Program-made: the position numbers and the translations under genes
The notes under the pieces: model-generated
What the model was told of the DNA's origin: nothing
Seen by the model: only the letters and a program-made list of their open reading frames with translations
The model's database searches: none
Part shown: positions 1 to 9,436 of the stretch, piece after piece
Position numbering within the stretch: the stretch's first letter is position 1
Layout: each line of letters begins with the position of its first letter
NCBI GenBank assembly: GCA_033723415.1
Contig: JAWVXD010000007.1
Coordinates: 60,899 to 124,898 of the forward strand
Source: Sulfurospirillaceae bacterium
GTDB lineage: Bacteria; Campylobacterota; Campylobacteria; Campylobacterales; Sulfurospirillaceae
Direction of reading: 5' to 3'
DNA: 64,000 nt

Positions 1-1026
1 TAAAACAGTACTTTTTCTCTGTTTGTCTTCAATAATTTGAAATACTTTTGAAACCAGTCTATCTTTTAATATTTTTATCTCACTATCCATGATATGAATT
101 TTCTGTTCAAAAGAGTATCTTTTAAATTCATTTTTTAGACTCAATAGTTCCATGCTTTTTTGATGAATCAAACGTCTAAATATAGTATTAAATTGATCTG
201 TTGTTCCATCTATGCCCATCATGATCTCTACACGATCCGGTAAGATCATCTCCATAGCAGCCGATGGAGTTGGAGCCCTTAGATCTGCGACAAAATCACT
301 GATAACAAAATCTATCTCATGTCCAACAGCGGAGACAATAGGCGTGTTAGCCTTATAGATAGCATTTGCAACTATTTCTTCGTTAAACCCCCAAAGATCC
401 TCTATACTTCCTCCTCCTCTTGAAACAACTATGACATCGACACCTAGAGAATCGGCAATAGCGATATTTTTTGCTATGTTGGGTGCAGAATTTTCACCCT
501 GAACTACAGTATCTATGATCTTTATCTTCACTAGCGGCCATCTTTTTTGTGCTACTCTAAGCATATCTTGGAGGGCAGCACCCGTACCTGATGTAACTAG
601 AGCTATAGTTTTTATATATCTTGGTATCTGCTTTTTATTTTCTGGATTAAAATAGCCTAGGTCTTTTAATTTAGTTTTTAGTTGTTCGTATGCTTTTGCC
701 AAAGCTCCGCTGCCGCTTGGTTCCATGCTGATACAATTTAACTGATAACTTCCTCTGGGAACAAATACTGAAACTGATCCGTGGATTATGACATTCATCC
801 CCTCTTCTAGACGAAATTTCATCTTGGAATTATTGCCCTTAAACATCACGCATGAGATGGTAGATTTTTCATCTTTTAGTGAGAAATAAAGATGTCCTGA
901 ACTGTGATAAGTGAATCTAGAAACCTCTCCTTCTACACACACATGTATAAAAGTACTCTCAAGAAGAGACTTTATTTGAGTATTTAGACTACTGACACTT
1001 TGAGTTTGACTAGAGGCATCATTCAT
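1..1026 (-). CDS. xseA: Exodeoxyribonuclease VII large subunit (partial, runs off window start)
   Basis: Manual translation from ATG at 1026: MNDASSQTQSVSSLNTQIKSLLE, later GHLYFSLKD, RGGGSIEDLW and AVGHEIDF motifs. ATGA overlap with the ubiE stop. Confidence 0.95.
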   Translation of the reverse strand, partial: MNDASSQTQSVSSLNTQIKSLLESTFIHVCVEGEVSRFTYHSSGHLYFSLKDEKSTISCVMFKGNNSKMKFRLEEGMNVIIHGSVSVFVPRGSYQLNCISMEPSGSGALAKAYEQLKTKLKDLGYFNPENKKQIPRYIKTIALVTSGTGAALQDMLRVAQKRWPLVKIKIIDTVVQGENSAPNIAKNIAIADSLGVDVIVVSRGGGSIEDLWGFNEEIVANAIYKANTPIVSAVGHEIDFVISDFVADLRAPTPSAAMEMILPDRVEIMMGIDGTTDQFNTIFRRLIHQKSMELLSLKNEFKRYSFEQKIHIMDSEIKILKDRLVSKVFQIIEDKQRKSTVL

Positions 1027-1754
1027 CTTTTTTTGGCTATCACTAAAGTTGAAATATCCATAGAAAAGCTTTTAGAGAATTCCGTCTCAAAACCTGCAGT
1101 ATCTAGTTCTTTTTGAAGCATAGTAGAAGTTAAAAAACCTTCAATGGAATTTGGCAGATATTCGTAAGCTTCTTTATTTTTAGAGATAAAAGCTCCGATC
1201 TTAGGTAACACTTTATTGAGATAAAAATCTTTTATAGCAAATAGAGAACCTTTTTTGTCATCTTTTGTAAACTCTAAAATTACAACATATCCACCGGGTT
1301 TTACGACTCTGGCAAACTCTCTAAATGCTTCTTCTCTCTTGACTACATTTCTGATACCGTAACTGATACTCAAGATATCCGCACTCTCATTTTCCAAAGG
1401 CAGATTGGTGGCTTCACTGATAACAAATTCGAATTCCGGAAATTTTTCTTTACCGACTTGCGTCATACCTCTTGATGGGTCAACTCCTAGTATCTTTCCT
1501 ACTTGAATGCCGGAGCTTTGAGCTCTTTTCTTCCAATATCCCATCATATCACCGGTTCCACAGGCAACATCAACTATCAAATCTATAGGTTTTTTATATC
1601 TTGCAAATGTTTCATCACAAGCTTTTTTTCTCCATTGTATGTCTATACCCATGCTCAAAACACGATTCGCTTTATCATAAGTCGGTGCAATATCATCGAA
1701 CATTTTAACTATTTTTTCTTGTTTATCTGTCTCGCCCAAAATAATCCCCTGCAT
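1023..1754 (-). CDS. ubiE: UbiE/MenG family quinone C-methyltransferase
   Basis: MFDDIAPTYDKANRVLSMG, SAM motif DVACGTGD, YGIRNV, YEYLPNSI. Confidence 0.93.
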   Translation of the reverse strand: MQGIILGETDKQEKIVKMFDDIAPTYDKANRVLSMGIDIQWRKKACDETFARYKKPIDLIVDVACGTGDMMGYWKKRAQSSGIQVGKILGVDPSRGMTQVGKEKFPEFEFVISEATNLPLENESADILSISYGIRNVVKREEAFREFARVVKPGGYVVILEFTKDDKKGSLFAIKDFYLNKVLPKIGAFISKNKEAYEYLPNSIEGFLTSTMLQKELDTAGFETEFSKSFSMDISTLVIAKKR

Positions 1755-1826
1755 TTCATTTCAGTAAATTATACCAAATTAAAAATTTTCTGCTATTATA
1801 CCCTACAATTTTAATTAGGGGAAATT

Positions 1827-2141
1827 TTGAAAGATATCGAAATATTTTTAGAGGTTATCTCTAAAGATGAATTTGTAGAAGGACATGAGGTTTTAGAAGA
1901 CAAATGGAGAAAATTAAAAAAAAATCCACAAACGCTTGAAGAGAGCAAGATACTAAAAGGATTGATAAACGCTTCTACTGCTTTAGCATTAAAAGTTATG
2001 GGAAAAGACAAAGGGGCACAAACAGTTTGGAGTACTTTTGAGAAATACAGACCGCTTATAAAATCACAATCTTGTGAAGATAGCAAATATTACAAGGAAG
2101 CAGAAAAAGCTCTAGACGACAAATACAAACAATATATGTAA
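1827..2141 (+). CDS. DUF309-like small protein
   Basis: EGHEVLEDKW motif resembles DUF309. TTG start with GGGGA RBS and TGCTATTAT promoter-like element upstream. Confidence 0.7.
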   Translation: MKDIEIFLEVISKDEFVEGHEVLEDKWRKLKKNPQTLEESKILKGLINASTALALKVMGKDKGAQTVWSTFEKYRPLIKSQSCEDSKYYKEAEKALDDKYKQYM

Positions 2142-2189
2142 TATCCAATGTCGACTTTTAAATCAAGTCTGCCTTGGACACTGATGAAG

Positions 2190-3050
2190 TTATTTGCACA
2201 ATTCAAAGGTATTTGTCCCTTTTTTATCCAAATCACTTAAAATATTTTTCCAGTATCGCTTCCAACAGCAATGATGATTAAATTTTTTATATATCTTATA
2301 ACGTATGTTGCGTTTATCTTCAAATCTCTTGCAATATGATTTAAGTACCGAAAAACCTACAATCGTATCATCCTCTCCGACCAAATGAATTTGCTTTATT
2401 TTTTTTAATTTTTGTGAAAAGTCTGCAGGATTGAGAGACCCGCTCAAAGGCGATATATAGTGTTCTTTTGTCCAATACGCAGTATCAAGATTTCCACCAA
2501 TAGTCACAAGTCTTGATATATCATCCCTTCTAGCCGCTAAAAGTGCAGCAATAGCCCCTCCTCCCGAATAACCAAAAAGTTTAAACGATGAAGCCCCTGA
2601 TCTCTTTTTAATTTCATCCAATACTTGATTAAAGCTTTCTATCACATTTTCAGAAAAGCGACGGTTTGTCCAGATAGATTGCACACAAGATGAGTTTCTA
2701 ACATATTGACATGGACGGGCCAGATATACTTTGCATTGATTTGTATCTTGTAAGAAAAGTTTTAATCCTAATGGATCTATGGGAGTTGGATCTTGTGAGA
2801 TCGTATCGATCGTAATCCAAGGCAGACCATCACCTTCTATGTAAATAGATACAAAACTGTTCTCGCACTGTGAAAGATTGCTATGAACGCTATACAGATC
2901 AAACTTTTTTGCGCTCAATACTTCACTTTGCACATCATGATGATCGATGAGCTTTTTTAGCGTAGTAAATCTCTGAGCAGGAGTGGGCACGATATATCCG
3001 CACCCGCTTATAAGAATTATGACAAATAAAAGCAAAATCTTTTTATACAT
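2190..3050 (-). CDS. Lipoprotein alpha/beta hydrolase
   Basis: Likely start ATG at 3050 (MYKKILLLFVIILISGC, lipobox). GYSGG nucleophile elbow, GEDD acid, NHHCCW His, plus YIEGDG and YLARPCQY motifs. Confidence 0.85.
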   Translation of the reverse strand: MYKKILLLFVIILISGCGYIVPTPAQRFTTLKKLIDHHDVQSEVLSAKKFDLYSVHSNLSQCENSFVSIYIEGDGLPWITIDTISQDPTPIDPLGLKLFLQDTNQCKVYLARPCQYVRNSSCVQSIWTNRRFSENVIESFNQVLDEIKKRSGASSFKLFGYSGGGAIAALLAARRDDISRLVTIGGNLDTAYWTKEHYISPLSGSLNPADFSQKLKKIKQIHLVGEDDTIVGFSVLKSYCKRFEDKRNIRYKIYKKFNHHCCWKRYWKNILSDLDKKGTNTFELCK

Positions 3051-3057
3051 ATAAGGT

Positions 3058-5103
3058 TTAAAACTTCCATTTGAACTTAGCAGAAACAGCATGATTGATA
3101 TAATCGTTTCCTCTTCCGCTAAGGTTGTATTTGACATCAAGTACCAAAGATTTCTTTAACTGCTTGGATATTCCAAAACCAACCTCATAGCCAAAGGCAC
3201 TGTTTTTTATACCGAGTGTCGTAAAAGGTATATCTGGTGAATCTTGGAATGAAGCATTGATTGTTTGTGCATCACTATTAAAATCATACATCAATCCGAT
3301 GTGTGTGAAAAATTTCGTATTTTTGTCAATCTTATACTTTAAATCCGTCAATACTCCGAGCAATGCTTGTTCTGTATTGGAGCTATTGACATTTAGATTG
3401 TAAGCCCCGGCTCCAACTTCTGAGTATGACGGTGTTTTAAAATATCTGTATACTCCCTGAATAGCGGGGATCATCGTTAGTTTATTATTGATCTTATAAT
3501 CCTTGGTAGCTTTGGCTTGGATAAAGAAGCTACTAGAAGTATAATCTGCTTTTGCCGCTTGTCCTACTGTATTGACATATCTCGATGAGTCATTATTTTG
3601 CCATCCAAATCCTGCTTGATAATATAAAATACTTTTGTCATCTATGATAGGTTGACTGCCATAAGCAATAAATGTAAATGCACTTATCGTATTATTTTGA
3701 ATAAGATCGTTAACGTTTACATCAGTATTTGAGAAAAAGAATGCCATCCCTGCTCGTTTACCTGGCTCGTATTCTCCATCGGAACCGAAAGCAAAACCGT
3801 ATGTTGTAGCATCAAAACCATTTTTACCGCCTTTATTGTTCTGCTTGCTATATGCACCAAATGGTTTCACCCATACATACTTATCGCTAAAGATGATATC
3901 ACCCGAACCCAAGCCTCTCATAGTGCCTTGTCTGTTTTGTACTATTGAGCTGAAACTATCGAGTATTTCAAGGTTTACCATAGAGGTCGATGTTGCGACC
4001 GTAGGAGAATTAGCCGGGGCAATGTTCGTGTCTTTTACTGCCAATAAGCTCAAGCTTGTATTTGTATCATTCAAATATGCTTCAAATTTCAAGATTGGTG
4101 AATTATCGGTTATATTAAGTTTTGTAACATTAGCATCAATATTCCCGGAGTTTATGACATTATTTAGTGTTCCATTGTTGTCTAAGAAGAATTTTTCTGC
4201 ATTATTACCTATAATATTGACATTGATTGTACTTTTATCAGCTAATGATGCGGATGTCGCGGCGTTTATCGTGGGGTTTGTAGCAGAGGTTCCATCTGCA
4301 GATATCGATGCATCTATACTCAACATGCCGCTTGTACTTTGAATAAACTTATCGATTTGTGACGCTACTGCGCCTTTGTGCAGATAAATCTTTCCTGAAT
4401 TTATAAAAGGTATATTTCTTACTGTGATTGTAGAGGTATTGATAGTACCGGTATTGAGAACGAGACCATCAGATCCACTCACATTTAAAGCGGTATCAGC
4501 TGTTATGGTACCGGAATTGGTAATGGTACCATAATTATCCCCTATAGACATCCCAGTACCAAAGGGATTGTTTGTGGCATTGATAGTGCCGGAATTGGTA
4601 ATATTGCTGTCATTAATCCCTATAAGAATCCCAATACCAGCGTAATTGTTTGTGGTGGCATTGATAATACCGGAGTTGGTAATGGCACTATCATTTCCAT
4701 AAATTACACTTACCTCAATTCCAACACCAAATAAATTGTTTGTGGCATTGATAGTGCCGGAATTGGTAATGGGTTTATCGGTGGTGGCGCTTAGGTGAAT
4801 TCCGTATACCTCGTTATTGACTGCTCCGGTTATAGAAAGAACTCCTTCATTCAAAATTGTATTATGCACAATTTGCCCACCGCTGATTTTAATAAGCGCT
4901 GTATTTGAAGTATCCCCCGAAACAGTGATACTCCCGGATGAAGTAATATGTACAGTATCCATACAACTTAGAGAAATACTTTGAGTTGTATCGCCACTAA
5001 TCACATAATCCGTACTGGTACAAATCCCTTGAGCACTACGAGAACTACTCACTATCATTGATACCGCTAAACAACCCAGTAATATTTTATTTCTTCTTTT
5101 CAC
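3058..5103 (-). CDS. Autotransporter (type Va) with ITNSGTI repeat passenger
   Basis: Signal peptide, Asn/Thr/Gly/Ile beta-helix-type repeats, C-terminal barrel starting at WVKPFG and ending KFKWKF. Confidence 0.9.
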   Translation of the reverse strand: MKRRNKILLGCLAVSMIVSSSRSAQGICTSTDYVISGDTTQSISLSCMDTVHITSSGSITVSGDTSNTALIKISGGQIVHNTILNEGVLSITGAVNNEVYGIHLSATTDKPITNSGTINATNNLFGVGIEVSVIYGNDSAITNSGIINATTNNYAGIGILIGINDSNITNSGTINATNNPFGTGMSIGDNYGTITNSGTITADTALNVSGSDGLVLNTGTINTSTITVRNIPFINSGKIYLHKGAVASQIDKFIQSTSGMLSIDASISADGTSATNPTINAATSASLADKSTINVNIIGNNAEKFFLDNNGTLNNVINSGNIDANVTKLNITDNSPILKFEAYLNDTNTSLSLLAVKDTNIAPANSPTVATSTSMVNLEILDSFSSIVQNRQGTMRGLGSGDIIFSDKYVWVKPFGAYSKQNNKGGKNGFDATTYGFAFGSDGEYEPGKRAGMAFFFSNTDVNVNDLIQNNTISAFTFIAYGSQPIIDDKSILYYQAGFGWQNNDSSRYVNTVGQAAKADYTSSSFFIQAKATKDYKINNKLTMIPAIQGVYRYFKTPSYSEVGAGAYNLNVNSSNTEQALLGVLTDLKYKIDKNTKFFTHIGLMYDFNSDAQTINASFQDSPDIPFTTLGIKNSAFGYEVGFGISKQLKKSLVLDVKYNLSGRGNDYINHAVSAKFKWKF
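4567..4770. repeat. Intragenic direct repeat, 36 bp exact (4567-4602 and 4735-4770), with a degenerate copy between
   Basis: ATTGTTTGTGGCATTGATAGTGCCGGAATTGGTAAT occurs twice and encodes ITNSGTINATNN. Confidence 0.9.
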
Positions 5104-5142
5104 GACTCTTTCCTTTATTATAAGTCATAATAACATGCATAT

Positions 5143-5227
5143 GCTCAGCACTTTCTATCATGAAGATGGGCACGATATATTCGTGCCCGCTTATAGCCTG
5201 CTAAAAAAGGTATACGTCTTTGTACAT
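5143..5227 (-). pseudogene. Relic of the 5' end of a second lipoprotein hydrolase copy
   Basis: 5167-5195 matches 2984-3012 at 26/29 nt (ISGHEYIVP vs ISGCGYIVP). ATG TAC AAA lies just after the autotransporter stop, as ATG TAT AAA does in the intact copy. In-frame TAG at codon 9. Confidence 0.75.
5168..5188 (-). terminator. Perfect 8-bp GC-rich hairpin downstream of the autotransporter (terminator or stability element)
   Basis: GGGCACGA-TATAT-TCGTGCCC, with only a weak U-tract. Confidence 0.5.
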
Positions 5228-5233
5228 ACTCAT

Positions 5234-7498
5234 TTAGAATTTCCATCTAAACTTAGCGATCAAAGCATGATTTATAAGATCACTACCTGTACCGCTTAAA
5301 GTGTATTTTACATTGAGGATCAGATCTTTTTTTAGGTGTTTTGAAAGCCCAAGGCCAAGATTATAGCTCAGTGCACTGTTTTTTATACCTGTTGTCGTAA
5401 AGAGAATATCCGGTGTTCCTTGAAATATTGCATTGATACTGTTAGCATCGTCTCTTAGATCATACATCAATCCTACATCAGAGATAAAATCAGTATTTTC
5501 ATCAATCTTGTATCTTAGATCTGTCATGACTCCGAGTAACATTTGCGTTGTGCTTTTGCTCTCGACACTTAAGTTTGTTGCACCTGCCCCGCTTTCTCTG
5601 TATGAGGGAGAATAGAAGTATCTATATACTCCTTTGATCGCTGGAGTAATCCTCAATTTATCATTGATATCATAATCTTTTGTAGCTTTTGCTTGGATAT
5701 AAAAATCTTTGGAAGTATAGTTTGCCTTTGCGATTTGTGATGAAGTCTCATCATATCTTGTTGTACTGTTTTTTTGAATTCCAAATCCGGCTTGATAAAA
5801 CAATACACTTTTATCATCTACGATAGGCTGACTTCCGTATGCTACAAAGTTATATGTGTTTAAATCATTTGATTGAACAACATGATTGACGTCTAGATTC
5901 GTATTTGAAATAAACAGTGCAAAACCTGCTCGTCTTCCCTCTTTATACTCTCCATCAAATCCTAAACCCATACCGTAGGTGTTGGCGCTAAATCCATTTA
6001 AACCATCTTTATCATCTTGTTTGGTATATGCTCCAAAGGGTTTTACCCACATATGTTTATCGCTAAAAGCTATATCACCGGAACCCAACCCTCTTATATC
6101 GTTTTGCCTTGTCTGTACGATACTATTTAGCATATTTAGTGTTTGCAGACCTATCGTCTGAGTGGATACTGCCGTTAGAGGACTGTTTTGCGGAGTTACG
6201 CTCGTATTGGCAGCGATTGCCTCCAAACTTAGGCTTGTATTTGTATCATTCATAAAAGCTTGAAAGTTTAATATTGGAGAATTATCCGTTATATTCAATT
6301 TTGTTACATTGGCATCTATATTACTTGATGTGATAACACCGTTGATCGTTCCGTTATTATCCAAAAATGATCTTTCTACTCCATTTCCTATAACATTGAC
6401 GTTTATCGTACTTCCATCTGCTATTAAGGCTGATGAACTAGCTATAATATGTGGATTTGTTGCCGTTCCGTTAGCAGATAAATTTGCATCGATACTTAAT
6501 ACTCCTGTTGAAGTTTGAGTGTAGTATTTGGCACTAGAGCTTGTGCTTCCATGCAGATTTATAGTTCCAGAGTTCGTAAAATTTGCTAAACCGACATTAA
6601 TACTATCTGCATTGATCGTACCTGAGTTTGTGATATTGCCACTGGTATTACTATCTATTCCTACACCAAGAAGTGCATTGATCGTTCCTGAGTTTGTGAT
6701 GTTGCCTGTGATAATACCGTTTTGTGAATATTGTACGATGCCTGTTGAGTTACCAACGCCACTGCTTTTTGCATCAATAGTACCTGAGTTTGTGATGTTG
6801 CCTGTGATATTTCCATCAAGTGACATTTGCATAATACCAGTAGAGAGACTGCTTCCATTAACATCTGTAGTAATCACTCCCGTGTTGTTGATATTGCCTG
6901 TGATAGTTCCACCAAATGACATTTGTGTAAGACCAGTAGAGTCCCTACTTCCATTAACATCTATAGTAACCACTCCCGTATTGTTGATATTGCCGCTAAT
7001 ATTTCCTACAAATGACATTTGAACAATCCCTGAGGCATAACTGTTACCATTACTGTATACATTGATAACACCGGTGTTGTTAATATCATTGGTAATTCCG
7101 CTACCTATGCTATTGGTTGTGTCTTGCGAAATGCCAATGGTATTTCCTGTTCCATTACTTGTAACACTAATTGTACCGGAGTTGCTCAACCAATAGTACA
7201 TATTTATATGTTGCCCGATTCCATATACATTATGTGTGCTAGGATCGGTAATATTTATATCTACATTGCCGTCATTTAATATGCTGAGCCTACTCTGCGA
7301 ATCAATAGCGCTATTTGCAATATTTTGAATTTTTATGCCCCCGCTGGATGTGATATTTAATATATCACGATTAGCCAATGTAACTTGTGTGGTCATTTGA
7401 TTACTTATGGTGATCAAATTAGGGGGACCAGCATATCCACTACTTATCATCAATGATATCGCCATGCATCCTAAAACAATCCTGTTTATTCTTTTCAT
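5234..7498 (-). CDS. Autotransporter (type Va), paralog of 3058..5103
   Basis: Signal peptide, GNITNSGTI/GNINNTGV repeats, shared NIDANVTKLNITDNSPIL and RGLGSGD segments, barrel ending KFRWKF. Confidence 0.9.
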   Translation of the reverse strand: MKRINRIVLGCMAISLMISSGYAGPPNLITISNQMTTQVTLANRDILNITSSGGIKIQNIANSAIDSQSRLSILNDGNVDINITDPSTHNVYGIGQHINMYYWLSNSGTISVTSNGTGNTIGISQDTTNSIGSGITNDINNTGVINVYSNGNSYASGIVQMSFVGNISGNINNTGVVTIDVNGSRDSTGLTQMSFGGTITGNINNTGVITTDVNGSSLSTGIMQMSLDGNITGNITNSGTIDAKSSGVGNSTGIVQYSQNGIITGNITNSGTINALLGVGIDSNTSGNITNSGTINADSINVGLANFTNSGTINLHGSTSSSAKYYTQTSTGVLSIDANLSANGTATNPHIIASSSALIADGSTINVNVIGNGVERSFLDNNGTINGVITSSNIDANVTKLNITDNSPILNFQAFMNDTNTSLSLEAIAANTSVTPQNSPLTAVSTQTIGLQTLNMLNSIVQTRQNDIRGLGSGDIAFSDKHMWVKPFGAYTKQDDKDGLNGFSANTYGMGLGFDGEYKEGRRAGFALFISNTNLDVNHVVQSNDLNTYNFVAYGSQPIVDDKSVLFYQAGFGIQKNSTTRYDETSSQIAKANYTSKDFYIQAKATKDYDINDKLRITPAIKGVYRYFYSPSYRESGAGATNLSVESKSTTQMLLGVMTDLRYKIDENTDFISDVGLMYDLRDDANSINAIFQGTPDILFTTTGIKNSALSYNLGLGLSKHLKKDLILNVKYTLSGTGSDLINHALIAKFRWKF
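6608..7085. repeat. Degenerate intragenic tandem repeats, mostly 96-bp (32-aa) period
   Basis: ACCAGTAGAG at 6836 and 6932; CCTGAGTTTGTGAT recurs at 6621, 6687 and 6783. Confidence 0.8.
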
Positions 7499-7637
7499 TT
7501 TAGCTCCTTCATCATATAAGTAAAAATATACTAAAAAATTATATCATGTTATTTAAGGTATTAAATGAATTATAAATGGTTTGTTAATGTATTTTAAAAT
7601 ATTTTGCGTAAAAGTGTAACTATAGGAGAATCTAAGC

Positions 7638-8651
7638 TTATGTTCTCGCTCTTGTAAACCAGGTTATCGTATCTTTATTTATATCATGACAAGAGAGTGT
7701 CTCTAATTTTAATTCTATGTTAGGATGATTCCCGATCTTAAAATCAGGTGAGCGAAAGATCACATACATATCTACGATATCTTGAGTGGCTCTTAACATT
7801 CCTTCTCCACCCTCTATCATAATAAACTTATACTTTTTCAAAAGTTCAAAATCGTTTTCTATATATACTTTCCTATTTTTAACATTAAAAAGAGGAATGC
7901 TTCTGTCAAAATTTTTATCTTTTGAATAGATAAGGATGTCAGGTGCCTTGCCGTCTATCATCCGTGCATCCAGTGTTGGTCTATCTGACCTTACGGTATT
8001 ACCACCTATCACTAGTAGATCGATCTTATCTCTGAATTTATGGACAAGTTCTCTTGATGCATCACTTGTTATGATCCCCCCGTCTATGACACCGTTTAAA
8101 CTCATAGCAAGTTTGAAAAATATGAAATTACCATAAAGAGAGCTTTCAAAAGGGAAAAGTAAATCTTGACACGAAGTTGAGTTTTGTAGAATATCTACAG
8201 ATATTGCATTGTTTCTCAAATATTCTGCACCGCCGCTTGCTTTGCTATTTGGATCAAGCATGCCGATCACAACTCTTTTGAAGCCTAATTCTTTGATAAG
8301 ATGTGAACAAGGGGGCGTTTTACCGTAATGATTACATGGTTCCAGTGTTACATAAATATTAAATTTTTTAAAGATATTTGAGTGATTTTTACGCAGATAG
8401 TTATGAATTTCTTCAGAATCTTCTATTTGTAGCACACGCTTGTCTCTTGTGATCTTATAATAGGTATCTTTGATAACTTCTACTTCTGCGTGCGGACTGC
8501 CTGCTTTTTTGTGAGCGTTAACGGCAATGATATTATCGAACTCATCACTGATCACTGCTCCTACCGCAGGATTAGGATAAGTTAAAATTTGATATTTCCA
8601 GGCTTCTTTTACAGCAGCATCCATTAGGGAAATATCAGTTTCATTTACCAT
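7638..8651 (-). CDS. ribD: Bifunctional riboflavin deaminase/reductase
   Basis: PNPAVG, HAE, TLEPCNHYGKTPPC, IEGG. Confidence 0.95.
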   Translation of the reverse strand: MVNETDISLMDAAVKEAWKYQILTYPNPAVGAVISDEFDNIIAVNAHKKAGSPHAEVEVIKDTYYKITRDKRVLQIEDSEEIHNYLRKNHSNIFKKFNIYVTLEPCNHYGKTPPCSHLIKELGFKRVVIGMLDPNSKASGGAEYLRNNAISVDILQNSTSCQDLLFPFESSLYGNFIFFKLAMSLNGVIDGGIITSDASRELVHKFRDKIDLLVIGGNTVRSDRPTLDARMIDGKAPDILIYSKDKNFDRSIPLFNVKNRKVYIENDFELLKKYKFIMIEGGEGMLRATQDIVDMYVIFRSPDFKIGNHPNIELKLETLSCHDINKDTITWFTRART

Positions 8652-9073
8652 TTATAATAAGTTCTAGCCTTGTCTATATCTGCTATGTCGACTTGGACAG
8701 CCTTGCCATCTTCTTCTATCTCCAATATTTTTCCGTCAAATGCTATAAGCTTTCCGATTATTTTGTCTGTATTTGTAAGTTTTATTTTGACATTTTCACC
8801 GATACTACCGCTAAAATGCTCTGGCTTCTTCAGATTTCTCTCGATCCCTGGAGAGCTGACTTCCAAGACATAAGCCCCGTTCATAGGTGGGTTGAGATCA
8901 AGTATAGGTGAAAGGATAGAAGATATCTTTCCACACTGATCAAGTGTGACCCCTTCGGGTGAAGTGATATAAATCCTAAAAATTCTATTACCGCCCTCGT
9001 TTGCAATTTCCGTGTCATAAAGCTCTAGAGCGTTATCTTTCAATATGTTTTTTATCGTTTCTATATCAACCAT
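8645..9073 (-). CDS. rimP: Ribosome maturation factor RimP
   Basis: LEVSSPGIER motif; follows rbfA. Confidence 0.95.
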   Translation of the reverse strand: MVDIETIKNILKDNALELYDTEIANEGGNRIFRIYITSPEGVTLDQCGKISSILSPILDLNPPMNGAYVLEVSSPGIERNLKKPEHFSGSIGENVKIKLTNTDKIIGKLIAFDGKILEIEEDGKAVQVDIADIDKARTYYKW

Positions 9074-9425
9074 GTAACTCTTTCTCTACAATTTCAAATA
9101 ATTTGTCAATTTCATTTTGTTTTTTTAGACTATCATCAAATTTAAAATGAAAATTTGGACATCTAAACCAACCCTCAGCTTGCATACAATAACTTTGTAG
9201 GTGTCTGTTTATTTTTTTTAGATGACTTAAGATATATTTTTTTTCTTCATCATCAAATAGCATTTCATCAAGATAAACATCTGCATCATATTTACCACGA
9301 CTACAAACAACATCGACAACGCACAGATTTCTCAACATTTCATCACTTAATGTTGCAAGTGCTTCAGGTAACAATTCTTTGAGAACACTTTGGGTTCTTT
9401 GTAATTTTATACTTTGATCTTTCAT
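9066..9425 (-). CDS. rbfA: Ribosome-binding factor A
   Basis: Downstream of infB; VCSRGKYDADVY and WFRCPNFHFKFD match epsilon-type RbfA. Confidence 0.9.
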   Translation of the reverse strand: MKDQSIKLQRTQSVLKELLPEALATLSDEMLRNLCVVDVVCSRGKYDADVYLDEMLFDDEEKKYILSHLKKINRHLQSYCMQAEGWFRCPNFHFKFDDSLKKQNEIDKLFEIVEKELHG

Positions 9426-9436
9426 TTCATTTCTCC

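Noticed and set aside
2142..2189. Possible att or dif site at the edge of the autotransporter block
   Set aside because: Only an imperfect hairpin (GACTT/AAGTC, TCCAA/TTGGA) between convergent genes; no matching repeat at the other edge and no recombinase gene.
3051..3140. 30-aa N-terminal extension of the hydrolase ORF overlapping the autotransporter
   Set aside because: ATG at 3050 gives a clean lipoprotein signal peptide; the extension is an off-frame read of the barrel's last strands.
6528..7022. Hydrophobic repetitive plus-strand ORF (also 3836..4342 and 6309..6518)
   Set aside because: Antisense shadows of the autotransporter genes; no RBS or independent motifs.
4490..7085. Periodic repeats considered as a CRISPR array or DGR template/variable pair
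   Set aside because: The repeats are in-frame coding and degenerate; no cas gene or reverse transcriptase is present and there is no adenine-specific mismatch pattern.
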